From a virus, in IMG/VR virus record IMGVR_UViG_3300014656_000018, positions 1 through 64,000 of that record: DNA of 64,000 nt; one strand, given 5' to 3'. This document shows, piece by piece, positions 9,431 through 18,338 of this stretch. The notes beneath the pieces were generated by a model that had not been told where the DNA came from, did no database searches, and was given only the letters and a program-made list of their open reading frames with translations. Position numbers and translations under genes: made by a program. Positions within the stretch are counted from its first letter, which is position 1. Every line of letters begins with the position of its first letter.

Positions 9431-10364
9431 TGTCTATTTTGAAAGAAGGGAGTGCCGGAAACTTCTCACTTCTTGTGCTAAGCTGCGCTTTTCTGGCGGC
9501 AAGCAGCTCCCCTACAGTCTTATGGGCCAGAAAATCATGCTGGGAAGTACCCTTCACAAATGAGCTAGCTACCAGGGGATCCTTTGCCATCTCCGGATTG
9601 AATCTGAAAAGAGTTTCAAAATGCTTACGTACTCTGACTGGAGTAGCTGTATGCATCCTCTTCAGCTCTCTATCTTCCTCTAACATACTTTTGAAAGCCT
9701 TCTCCTTACCAGTTCTGGATAAAGCCTCCAGGCCATACTGTGTTGCTATACCCGTACCGGCCAGAGCAGCACCACCGGCAACTGTCAAACCAAGCTTCTT
9801 TGCTAGAGACCAGGGAAGCTTTTCTTTTGAGGCTTCTGGGGTAGTTACTTTCCTGTACTTATTCTGAGCTTCAGCCATCTCGGTACGAGCTTTGAGGTTT
9901 GCCTGCCTGCTCTCTAGCCTGGTTCTATATATATCCCTGGCGGTAGGCTTGACACCGAAGATCTGTCTTCCCTTCTGCTTCTCAATCCTACCGAGCCGTT
10001 CCATCTTCTCCAGCTCTTTTCGGGAGGTAGCAAGCTCAGCTTTGGGCCTTGCCAAGGCTCCCCTAACCTGATCCCTTATGTTTGCCTGGTTTGCTCTGAC
10101 AGCTCTCAGCCTGTCACCAATTACTTGAAGCTTCTTTCCTCTGATACCTCTGGCTGTAAAACTTTTGAAAGCCTTGCTGAAGGTAGAAAGCTCTTTGCCC
10201 GCTTCTACAGCCTGTCTGCGAAGTCCGGAAGGCAGACTACCCACAGCAGGACTGATAGCACTGCGAGCCAGATTCAGACTCTCTGCAATTGGAAGCATGA
10301 AGGAAGCTCTGGAAGCTTCCTTCCCCAAAGCAGCCAGCTTGATAAGATATACAAGATCTGTCAT
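9423..10364 (-). CDS. Basic protein with a Gly-rich hydrophobic segment; candidate internal/ejection protein
   Basis: N-terminal YLIKLAALGKEAS; Arg/Lys-rich; LGLTVAGGAALAGTGIATQYG. Confidence 0.55.
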   Translation of the reverse strand: MTDLVYLIKLAALGKEASRASFMLPIAESLNLARSAISPAVGSLPSGLRRQAVEAGKELSTFSKAFKSFTARGIRGKKLQVIGDRLRAVRANQANIRDQVRGALARPKAELATSRKELEKMERLGRIEKQKGRQIFGVKPTARDIYRTRLESRQANLKARTEMAEAQNKYRKVTTPEASKEKLPWSLAKKLGLTVAGGAALAGTGIATQYGLEALSRTGKEKAFKSMLEEDRELKRMHTATPVRVRKHFETLFRFNPEMAKDPLVASSFVKGTSQHDFLAHKTVGELLAARKAQLSTRSEKFPALPSFKIDND

Positions 10365-10933
10365 CAGTAAGACCCCTGCTGATAGTATACCTGCTCCGCC
10401 GGTGCTGCACCCTGGACATTTCTGCCATAATCTCCGGAAAATTGAGAGACACCGAGCGGAACGCCCAAACCAACTCCGAAAGCTATGCCCGGATGCTTTT
10501 GACCAAAACCGACCAGACCACCCCTTCTCATCTTTGCTGTGTGATAGATAGTCTCTCCAGTTGGTCCTATGGATCTAGTGAAGTGCTGTTTGGGGAAAAC
10601 TCCCTCAGACTTCAGCTTCTCCCACGTCTCCTTGGGGACAGTTTTCCAGTGCTCCTTGGTCCACTTGGTGGGATCAGGGCCTCCAACAGGTCGGAGGGTG
10701 GAAAATCTCGGTTCCTTGCCCATCTTCTTTGCTTGTGCTTCCAGCGCCTCAGCATAGGGACCTGACACCTGCTTATTACCCACCAGAAGCCTTTTTGCCC
10801 CACCGAGAATCTTCCCCAGTCCTCCTACGATAGTATTACCTACTGCAGAGCCTCCTGCAGGGGGAAGGCCATAGGCAAGCTTGTAGAGATATTGCTGACG
10901 AGCCAGAATTCTATCATAGTCCTGTCGGGTCAT
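10364..10933 (-). CDS. Basic Gly-rich protein; candidate internal/ejection protein
   Basis: N-terminal YLYKLAYG; VGGLGKILGG and GIAFGVGLGVPLGV segments. Confidence 0.55.
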   Translation of the reverse strand: MTRQDYDRILARQQYLYKLAYGLPPAGGSAVGNTIVGGLGKILGGAKRLLVGNKQVSGPYAEALEAQAKKMGKEPRFSTLRPVGGPDPTKWTKEHWKTVPKETWEKLKSEGVFPKQHFTRSIGPTGETIYHTAKMRRGGLVGFGQKHPGIAFGVGLGVPLGVSQFSGDYGRNVQGAAPAEQVYYQQGSY

Positions 10934-11814
10934 GATCTCACTCCCAGAGCTTTCTCTACCTTCTGAAGATTTTCCCCGGCAATTTTTACCGTCTCCTCCA
11001 TCACTCTCCTATAATGCTGTATCTCCTGTAAAGCACAGAAGGAAGATACGATAGGGTGTGTAGGATCGGGACATCTTCTTCCGGCCGTCTTATCAAAACC
11101 CTCAGCGATGCCTGCACGGTCTATGATACCCTTACACAGTAGGTGAGCAGACAGCATGGTAGCTACCTTGCTGAAGAAACCTGTATCCTCGACAAAAGGA
11201 GACAGTGCCTGAAGCACATCATGAAAGCTGCCATCTCCCATGAGAACAGCCTGCTCTGCCTTGTCCTTCAACTCTGTAGCTACCTGCTCCTCTGCAACAG
11301 AAAGAGAAGACATCTTAGAAAGAGCGTGCTCCTGCAGACCCTTCAACCTTTCCCGAGTCCTGTTCAGCTCTGCATTGGGATCTTCATGGGGGTATGGTTC
11401 TCTGCTCGATGCCGTTTTGGTATTGGCACCGAAGATTTCTACTATAATATCCTCTCCACGGCTGATAGGACTATAGGTCTTCCTCTCAGCAGAAGGCATA
11501 GGACGGACATGGGATGGTACTTTGACGCCTACGATCTCATCAAAGTCCGCTAAAGGAAAATTGACATTCTTATCAGCCTGCTTCTCGAACAGGCTCTTGA
11601 ATGTCTCCCTATTTGCGACCTCACACACACGATGAATCTGGTCACGGTTCAATGGCTCGTCCTGAATGAGGTCCTTTATAGCGGAGGACAGCTTTACACC
11701 ATCCTCAACATAGCGGACAGATGCCCTCTTCCCCAGGAAGGCAAGACGATCTGCACTGGCTGGGACCTCTTTGGAGAATAGAATATAGCTACTTAGCTTA
11801 TCCATTGACCTCAA
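10930..11814 (-). CDS. Head-cluster protein with K-x-A motifs
   Basis: EKQAD, TKTASS, SKVAT, DKTAG; first gene of the head operon; start could be ATG 11805. Confidence 0.6.
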   Translation of the reverse strand: MRSMDKLSSYILFSKEVPASADRLAFLGKRASVRYVEDGVKLSSAIKDLIQDEPLNRDQIHRVCEVANRETFKSLFEKQADKNVNFPLADFDEIVGVKVPSHVRPMPSAERKTYSPISRGEDIIVEIFGANTKTASSREPYPHEDPNAELNRTRERLKGLQEHALSKMSSLSVAEEQVATELKDKAEQAVLMGDGSFHDVLQALSPFVEDTGFFSKVATMLSAHLLCKGIIDRAGIAEGFDKTAGRRCPDPTHPIVSSFCALQEIQHYRRVMEETVKIAGENLQKVEKALGVRS

Positions 11815-11829
11815 CCATCCTGCTGAAAG

Positions 11830-11860
11830 AAGCTATGACATTCTCTGTCAAGATGTCAAC
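11830..11860 (-). promoter_or_regulatory. Putative sigma70-like late promoter GTTGACA-N18-TAGCTT
   Basis: Consensus -35 at the head of the head-gene operon. Confidence 0.55.
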
Positions 11861-11920
11861 CCACTTATAGTCCTACATAAAGCTATCACATGTATTGATT
11901 ATAGAAAAGCTATTACAGGT

Positions 11921-11950
11921 GAAAAAATGAGCTGCTTTTGTGGCATAAGA
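11921..11950 (+). promoter_or_regulatory. Putative phage early promoter (A-tract...GGCATAAGA)
   Basis: Motif recurs upstream of plus-strand units at 28850, 29096 and 38943. Confidence 0.5.
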
Positions 11951-12013
11951 ACAATGAAGGAATTAATCACAAAGAGAACCAGCACCCATTGCTGGTTCTC
12001 AAGGAGAAAAGAA

Positions 12014-12448
12014 ATGGAAGCAGCAACCCCCCCCACGATGACGTTTGAACAGCTGCAGAAGCTGTTCGGGGGGGGCCTTCAGGCCCCCCCCGCAGCCGCT
12101 CCTGCTCCCGCCGCAGCCGCAGCCGCTCCTGCTCCCGCCGCAGCCGCTCCCACGACTGTGACCGTCCGGATCTCCGAGGACCAGCTCCAGGAGCTGGCCT
12201 CGGGGTGGGCCCACGAGGCCCGCCGGAATGCACCCCTCGGGGTGCAGTGCTTCCGCAAGTACTGCGACGCCGTGGACAAGGCGTCGCCGGAGAGTGCCTT
12301 CGGGCGGATTTTCGTCCACGTCCTCGTCGCCGGGGTACTCACCCTGGTGATCCTGGAAGTCGTGGGAGCCGTCGCCGGCGTCCCCGGCATCCGGCCCTCC
12401 TCAATCGGGATCGACCGGTCCTCGCCGGTCGGTCTCCTGCCCCAGTAG
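12014..12448 (+). CDS. GC-rich early membrane protein (Ala-Pro linker, C-terminal TM helix)
   Basis: AAGGAG RBS at 12001-12006, ATG 12014; TM segment VHVLVAGVLTLVILEVVGAVAGV; almost all codons end in G/C. Confidence 0.7.
   Translation: MEAATPPTMTFEQLQKLFGGGLQAPPAAAPAPAAAAAAPAPAAAAPTTVTVRISEDQLQELASGWAHEARRNAPLGVQCFRKYCDAVDKASPESAFGRIFVHVLVAGVLTLVILEVVGAVAGVPGIRPSSIGIDRSSPVGLLPQ
12091..12147 (+). repeat. 27-bp perfect tandem duplication
   Basis: CGCAGCCGCTCCTGCTCCCGCCGCAGC at 12091-12117 and 12118-12144. Confidence 0.9.
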
Positions 12449-12477
12449 CCCCGCTCCGGGGCACAAACAAAAAAGAG

Positions 12478-12498
12478 AGAGAGGCTTCGGCCTCTTTT
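12478..12498 (+). terminator. Intrinsic terminator with a C(UUCG)G loop
   Basis: AGAGGC-TTCG-GCCTCT-TTT. Confidence 0.75.
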
Positions 12499-12545
12499 AA
12501 CTAAAAAGAAAAGAAGGAAGGAGATTTTTTACGGGAGAAGAAGCT

Positions 12546-14117
12546 ATGTGCCATGGTAAAACTGTATCATTTTTTTCCGGAATTCGTCCTACTCAACAAT
12601 GGATCAGCATGGTCTGTGAAATACTCCAGGCAGAGTGTAAGCAGACCTTCTGGGGATCCAAAGTATTGCCCTCTCCATTACCTCGATCTGACTATTTAGT
12701 AGTAGTTACTGATACTACAAAGCATAAGATATGGAATCAGGTAAAATCCAGATCTAACCGGGACCAGCAAGTATTGGCTCTGTCCAATAAATCAGATAGG
12801 ACCAAAAAGCAGCTGGCGGCTAAGGGATTTGATCTCAGGGTAGAGGCGAAGGAGGAGATGTTGGCAAAATTTACTGCCTGGCCAGGGGTGGTACCCTTTG
12901 TAGAGAAGCTGGTACTAAGACACCCCGGCGTAACGTTAGACGACCTGATCCGTCTGAGACACTGTGAGATGGATACCCCCATCAGGGGATCCATGTCGTC
13001 AGACTCCATTGCAACAGCAAGGAGAGTGATACGAAGAAGGATGGACATGATTCAGGACCCATATGGGCCCGGGGTACATCTGGATGTGCTGAAAAAGACA
13101 GCAGAGGAGCATCTGAAGGGTCTAGATGCTCCTCCCAGAGATCCTCTGATAGAAAGGAGGATAGAGTTAATTGACCGGACGGTGACCCTTCTACATGAGG
13201 CGGGGAGAGTTCCCACTCCCTTTTACTTTGGTCCCCGGGCTCTGAAAGATATCGAGGGGTTGCCTGAAGGGTGGAACGGGATTGCTGATTCCCGAGAAAT
13301 TGCCGTACTGACTCGGGACATTCCCCGAGATAAGGAGATGACTCTTCAGGAGTATCAAAAATTATTCCGTGCTGCTCTGAATGGTGCGACACCGGAGCCT
13401 GCACCAAAGATCGAGGTGGTGGCTTCAAACCCTATCACCATCACCTGGAGCAATGCCTTGGATTTCTGGCCGGAGATGTTGAAGGCCCTGCCAAATCTCT
13501 CTCTCAGAGATATGGCCTGGCTACGGCAGCAGCCAGAGGTATGGGCAGCCAGAATGGGGGATAGAGGTGTCTATGCCTTCTGTTGCATAGGGGCAGGTAG
13601 TTGGATGGGGAGAAGGTTAGAGGATGAGAAAATCCTGGACGTGGCTTATAGAATGCTCTCATCAGAAGATTACATAGAACCACCCAGGATTACCAAGAAC
13701 TTGCGTATGATAGGAAAGATAGCTGCAAATGCTGAAAAGCACGCAATCTATCTTCCAAGCTATAACACTCTGCCAGCCTCCTTCATCTCTCGAATCTTCG
13801 AGCTGGGTATTGACCTGGATAGCAGAGCATATGAGGAGGTAAGAGATCTTACAGCAGGGTCTATCACTGAGGACAGACCCTGGGATGATACTGAAGAAAC
13901 AGTGATCAGCATGCTTCTGGCGGATCTAATTTCAGCTGAGGCTTCCCCTCAGAAGGAGATAGAGATGGAGGAAGAGAAGAAGATGGAAGACAAGATGAGT
14001 AAAATCCTCCGGGATCTCCTTCAAGAGATGGGGACCTCCAACATCCTGGAGATCAAGATCTCCAGCGATGGGACGGTCCAGACCAAGAGGGTGGTGGAGA
14101 CCACCCTGAAGCTGTAG
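12546..14117 (+). CDS. Hypothetical early protein
   Basis: 523-aa ORF with a purine-rich RBS; no motif recognised. Confidence 0.7.
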   Translation: MCHGKTVSFFSGIRPTQQWISMVCEILQAECKQTFWGSKVLPSPLPRSDYLVVVTDTTKHKIWNQVKSRSNRDQQVLALSNKSDRTKKQLAAKGFDLRVEAKEEMLAKFTAWPGVVPFVEKLVLRHPGVTLDDLIRLRHCEMDTPIRGSMSSDSIATARRVIRRRMDMIQDPYGPGVHLDVLKKTAEEHLKGLDAPPRDPLIERRIELIDRTVTLLHEAGRVPTPFYFGPRALKDIEGLPEGWNGIADSREIAVLTRDIPRDKEMTLQEYQKLFRAALNGATPEPAPKIEVVASNPITITWSNALDFWPEMLKALPNLSLRDMAWLRQQPEVWAARMGDRGVYAFCCIGAGSWMGRRLEDEKILDVAYRMLSSEDYIEPPRITKNLRMIGKIAANAEKHAIYLPSYNTLPASFISRIFELGIDLDSRAYEEVRDLTAGSITEDRPWDDTEETVISMLLADLISAEASPQKEIEMEEEKKMEDKMSKILRDLLQEMGTSNILEIKISSDGTVQTKRVVETTLKL

Positions 14118-14136
14118 TAACTGAAAAGGGTGGGAG

Positions 14137-14167
14137 AATAGGAGGGCTTTTTGCCCTCCTATTTTTT
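14137..14167. terminator. Terminator between convergent genes
   Basis: AATAGGAGGGC-TTTTT-GCCCTCCTATT-TTTT. Confidence 0.8.
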
Positions 14168-15863
14168 ACCTGGTATTAGTGGTAGCTCCCGGAGCAAGCA
14201 CATCAGGTCTGGGGTGCTGTATCATGCTGGCAAAGAATAAAAGAGTCAGAGAGTGTAGAGTATCATCTGTTGACCCCAGAGCATGATCGTATGAGGTCAT
14301 TCTCTGCCGCTCATTGTATTCGGAGTAGACACTCAGCAGGTCAGTAGCGAAAGGATCCTGAAATACCTTCCAGAGAGGAAACCGTATCTGCTGCCTCTTA
14401 ATTGTATTGAATACAGCACTAAGCATTGATGAGCGGTTTCCCTTGAATCTGTGCTGAGCAGGATCCCATTCACATATCTTGCCCACAGTACCCACGTACT
14501 GGTACTTTACTATGAGGCGAGGGCCGAACTTCCGTATCAGGGTATCATTTCTTTCCAGACCACCACCATAGTCACAGCCGACGAGCTTTACATTGAATCT
14601 GGAGATAAGCTCACTGATGCGTCGCATCTCGTACTCCAGCTCTGACTCCATTCCCATGAATCTCTGAGCATAGAATACTGTGAATTTATCTCTCCAGTAT
14701 GTTCCTATAGTTATGACAGTATAGCTCTTCTCCCCTCCACCCCAATCAATACCCGCATAAGCGGCTCCGGCTGATCTACACCTCTCGGCCCAGACATTGA
14801 GTGCTGATTCACTCATGTCCAGCATTTTTACCTCTTCCTCATCATTATCATTTCCACAACAGACTCTTATTTCCTCCCTGGTAAGGGGACGGATGCCGGA
14901 ATCATACGCCAGCCCGAGAACCTCATTGAAGAATACCTGACGGGAGAAGGTCTTACTTTTGTGTATGATGTCTCCCCATCCCTCCTCACTCTTGTACACC
15001 CAGGGTACCATCAGCTGAGAGATGTGATATCCCTCTGTAGGATTGGGAACGTTGGGATTGGGGTTCATTGCCACCCAGTGAGCGTCTGGATGGTCCGGAT
15101 ATATAGGGGCGCCACATTTATCACATATAGGTCCTTTCAACCCTATACTTGCCTCACCGAGAACATTCCAGTAAGGAAGGAGCTTCGTACCTCCCAGTAA
15201 CTGATGCCTAAAGCAGGGTAAAACCCACTCGCACTGATTCGTGTCTCTCTGCCAGCTCTGCTCCAGGCTGTTGTCCAAGCTCTTGGGGGTTCCTGAGTAA
15301 GAAAGTATCTTCCAATCAGAGTGAGAGGCACACTCCTCAATAACAGGTACATGGCTAAGCAATATATCTTGAAATTCATCTATCAGGATCATATCAGCCC
15401 TGATCCCACGCACACGATCCGGGTTCTGAAAAGCATATCTAAGAGTTATTTTTGACCAATTCTGAAATTGTTTGGATAGGACGTTTTGAGACAGCTTAGA
15501 ATTCGTATATGCAGCAATCATGGGACAGGTTTCAATGGGCTCTCTCAACCTATCATTAGAAAACTCTCTGGTTTGGGCATTAGTAGGGGATACGTAAAGG
15601 GTACGGAATCTTGGAACGAGGCAGCTATATGCTAAAGCTTTATTACCTAACGTGGTGCTTTTCTCTATTTGCCGTCCACACTTCAGTAATATTTTTCTAC
15701 ATTCTGTATCATATAATCTTCTTAGATATGGTCTTTCTGCAAAAGAGAAAGTAGCCAACGAAGTTCCTGCGTTCACAAGTACTGCTGTCTCTACAAATTC
15801 AGACGCTAGAATCTCAATCTTCCTTTTACCATTCCATCTTTCTTTCTGGGGTACTATAATCAT
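14166..15863 (-). CDS. terL: Terminase large subunit (GpA-like)
   Basis: Walker A variant KCGRQIEKST; Walker B ILIDEFQD; GTP motif; nuclease GIDWGG...DDTLHS. Confidence 0.9.
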   Translation of the reverse strand: MIIVPQKERWNGKRKIEILASEFVETAVLVNAGTSLATFSFAERPYLRRLYDTECRKILLKCGRQIEKSTTLGNKALAYSCLVPRFRTLYVSPTNAQTREFSNDRLREPIETCPMIAAYTNSKLSQNVLSKQFQNWSKITLRYAFQNPDRVRGIRADMILIDEFQDILLSHVPVIEECASHSDWKILSYSGTPKSLDNSLEQSWQRDTNQCEWVLPCFRHQLLGGTKLLPYWNVLGEASIGLKGPICDKCGAPIYPDHPDAHWVAMNPNPNVPNPTEGYHISQLMVPWVYKSEEGWGDIIHKSKTFSRQVFFNEVLGLAYDSGIRPLTREEIRVCCGNDNDEEEVKMLDMSESALNVWAERCRSAGAAYAGIDWGGGEKSYTVITIGTYWRDKFTVFYAQRFMGMESELEYEMRRISELISRFNVKLVGCDYGGGLERNDTLIRKFGPRLIVKYQYVGTVGKICEWDPAQHRFKGNRSSMLSAVFNTIKRQQIRFPLWKVFQDPFATDLLSVYSEYNERQRMTSYDHALGSTDDTLHSLTLLFFASMIQHPRPDVLAPGATTNTR

Positions 15864-15866
15864 GGG

Positions 15867-16169
15867 ATGAGTATAGAGAATAAAACATGGTTAGATAAAG
15901 CAATATCTCTACTCTCCGAAGCAACCATGGGACAGGTTATGGGCTGGAGAGATATTCCAGATACCTTTGATCCTTTAAGGGGTAAAGCAGAGATTATTCT
16001 ATCCCAGCCTATTCTCCCGACTGAGCTTAAATTCATTCGAACAATACTGAAAGGGGTAGCTAAAGATAATGGGTATGATGTTGTAGGGTTAGTGGGAGCT
16101 AAAAGATTGAGATTTACCTTCTTCAAGAGGACACCCGATAAGAATGCGATACCTGGTATTCCCTCTTAG
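15867..16169 (+). CDS. Hypothetical protein
   Basis: 100-aa ORF with globular composition, divergent from the terminase; strand choice uncertain. Confidence 0.45.
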   Translation: MSIENKTWLDKAISLLSEATMGQVMGWRDIPDTFDPLRGKAEIILSQPILPTELKFIRTILKGVAKDNGYDVVGLVGAKRLRFTFFKRTPDKNAIPGIPS

Positions 16170-16269
16170 CAATTTCCAACGCCGATAAAAGATTACTCCT
16201 AAGCTTTTTTTGTACTGTAGAGGATATCTTTAGCATCTCATCCAGATAGCGATAAAAACTAATCCCCAT
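16123..16269 (-). CDS. 48-aa tagged micro-ORF (not in ORF track)
   Basis: MGISFYRYLDEMLKISSTVQKKLRSNLLSALEIAKREYQVSHSYRVSS; ATG overlaps the end of the SNF2 gene; near-exact copy of the YLDEMQKIA tag. Confidence 0.6.
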   Translation of the reverse strand: MGISFYRYLDEMLKISSTVQKKLRSNLLSALEIAKREYQVSHSYRVSS

Positions 16270-17965
16270 ATGAATAACGCCATTCTGGGCCTGTAGCAGT
16301 CCATACTCTCCAACGTCTCAGATACTTCTTGGGGCGAAAACCTGGAGGTGGTTTATACTCCGGACGAGTGCCTGTTTGGAGAGCTGTCCTGAACTGCTCA
16401 TTGAGAACATCCTTCCCGGCTGCTACATCATAGATCCACTGATCTGTAGTGTGTTTCTTCCCGCCACCGAAAAGAGAGCGGAGAAATCCTACCTTCGGCA
16501 TGACAGATTTGTATCTCTTGATAATAACCACTCTGTTTTCTTGTGGGCGGTCTTCCAAACCCTTTGCCCGCACACCTCTGGCCTCTGCCTGCTGAATAAC
16601 CTCCGGATTGAAGTGGCCATCCACCATCTGAACCATGGTAGAATTCTTCAGATCCAAACCTTCTGCTCCTGCTTCGGAGACAAGAAGAACCCTTAGCTTA
16701 CCTTCCAGATAATCAGATACACCTGCCTGCCTGGTCTCCTCCTGTACCTTATTACCACCGACCTCTCTTCCTTTACCTATGAAGACACCAAAGGAGATAC
16801 CTCTCTTTTTCAAACCGGCAGCCAGGACATCGATACCTCCATTGACCAGGTTGGAGTACATGACGACCTGACCATCAGGGGTTGTCTGGAGATGCTCCTG
16901 AGCATCATCCAGAACCTTCTTTATCTTGGGTGTTCTATCTGCAGCCTCTTCAAGGGAAACCGTACCCATGGTAGCAATGGAGTTGGATACCTGTCTGGCT
17001 CTGATTATCTTCCCAAAAACAGTCTGAGCCTCCCTCTTATCCATGGGGATATTATGTTCAATCTTGTACCGGGTGATGAACGGAAGCTGTCCCATGGCGT
17101 AGTTGTATAGGTCCTTCTGCTCATCAGACATCTCTACCAGAACTTCAGACACCTGCTTCTTTGGAAATAATGTAGGATTTGTTCTTTCCAGATCTTCATG
17201 ACTAACAAAATTTACCAGCTTACCAAATCTTTGCTGAATTTCTGATGGACGAATTATAACTGTGATATCCTTCTTACCACCCAGGAAACCCTCTCGGGAT
17301 CCTATAATAGACATATAACGCTTCTCAAACTCTGTTTGGCTGCCAGCAATAGGATATCCGGCAGATAGGGTCATCAACGCTATAATATCCGAGGGTTTGT
17401 TACTGACTACAGATCCTGTCAGACCAATAAAATTGGTAGCCATAGCTCTGGCTAACATCAACGCTTTGAAGTTTACACCTTTTGTATCTCGGGCCTTATG
17501 TACCTCATCTACTATGAGAGTATCTGCCCCGGAAGCCTCCATATATTTATGGGGGGCCTGACGAAATAGCTCATAGCCTACAACAGAGTATGGGATGGTC
17601 TTATCTGCAGTTTGGAAATCTACATGAGAGCCATCAGACACCTCTTGTTTATTCCCAAACACCTGAACAGCATCGTCAGTAAACTTCTTGACACCCTTCT
17701 CCGCAAAGTTGGTACGGAGGCCAGTGGGAACAACTACAAGCGCATTATGAGCAGCGCCAAGCTTTCTTGCGGACTCAAAGCAGAATAAAGCACTAGCAGT
17801 CTTTCCGGAGCCGGTGCTGTGAGCAAGGATGATTTCACCATTATTATCTACGAACTGCTTTATTGCTTCCTGCTGGTGAGGAAGGGGAGAGTATTTCTCC
17901 CTGAGAGCTGCAGATTTTATACTGTAGTCAAATAATTCCTCATGTAGCTCTTCCGGGGATATCAT
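16259..17965 (-). CDS. SNF2/SWI2-family ATPase in the late operon
   Basis: HSTGSGKT, DEVH, LTGS, AGAEGLDL, QQAEARGVR; probable start ATG 17965 (MISPEELHEELFDYSIKSAA). Confidence 0.85.
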   Translation of the reverse strand: MISPEELHEELFDYSIKSAALREKYSPLPHQQEAIKQFVDNNGEIILAHSTGSGKTASALFCFESARKLGAAHNALVVVPTGLRTNFAEKGVKKFTDDAVQVFGNKQEVSDGSHVDFQTADKTIPYSVVGYELFRQAPHKYMEASGADTLIVDEVHKARDTKGVNFKALMLARAMATNFIGLTGSVVSNKPSDIIALMTLSAGYPIAGSQTEFEKRYMSIIGSREGFLGGKKDITVIIRPSEIQQRFGKLVNFVSHEDLERTNPTLFPKKQVSEVLVEMSDEQKDLYNYAMGQLPFITRYKIEHNIPMDKREAQTVFGKIIRARQVSNSIATMGTVSLEEAADRTPKIKKVLDDAQEHLQTTPDGQVVMYSNLVNGGIDVLAAGLKKRGISFGVFIGKGREVGGNKVQEETRQAGVSDYLEGKLRVLLVSEAGAEGLDLKNSTMVQMVDGHFNPEVIQQAEARGVRAKGLEDRPQENRVVIIKRYKSVMPKVGFLRSLFGGGKKHTTDQWIYDVAAGKDVLNEQFRTALQTGTRPEYKPPPGFRPKKYLRRWRVWTATGPEWRYSYGD

Positions 17966-17969
17966 CCAT

Positions 17970-18338
17970 CTACTTCTTTTTCTTGCTGGACATGAGATGG
18001 GCCATAGCCAATCCGACAAGTAAGGTAGATGCGGCTCCTGTAGTACCCCTGGCAAGACCCTTAGCCATACTTCTACCCATCCCCCTCCCTACAAGAGGAT
18101 CCATAATCTTATTCTCCAAACCTCCCTTGAAGACCCCCGTAGCAAAACCAAGTGCTGCAAGGGGAAGAAGTGCCTTGAAGTTACTCTTGAGGGATTTATC
18201 CTCTGCGATCTTACAGAACTCATCAATGTAGGAGGACCAGTCAGGAGAGCAAAGCTTCACCTTATCCTTGGTGTATTTTATCATATCAGCCTTCTTTCTC
18301 ATCTTGGCTGCAGCTCTATCCTCAATCCTCATACTCAT
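17970..18338 (-). CDS. Tagged protein with Gly-zipper-like hydrophobic helices
   Basis: SSYIDEFCKIAE, then LLPLAALGFATGVFKGG...GAASTLLVGLAMA and a KKKK tail. Confidence 0.65.
   Translation of the reverse strand: MSMRIEDRAAAKMRKKADMIKYTKDKVKLCSPDWSSYIDEFCKIAEDKSLKSNFKALLPLAALGFATGVFKGGLENKIMDPLVGRGMGRSMAKGLARGTTGAASTLLVGLAMAHLMSSKKKK

Noticed and set aside
15860-16126. 88-aa minus-strand ORF bridging the micro-ORF and the terminase
   Set aside because: It overlaps both neighbours neatly but reads like the antisense shadow of the more protein-like plus-strand ORF 15867-16169; not fully excluded.
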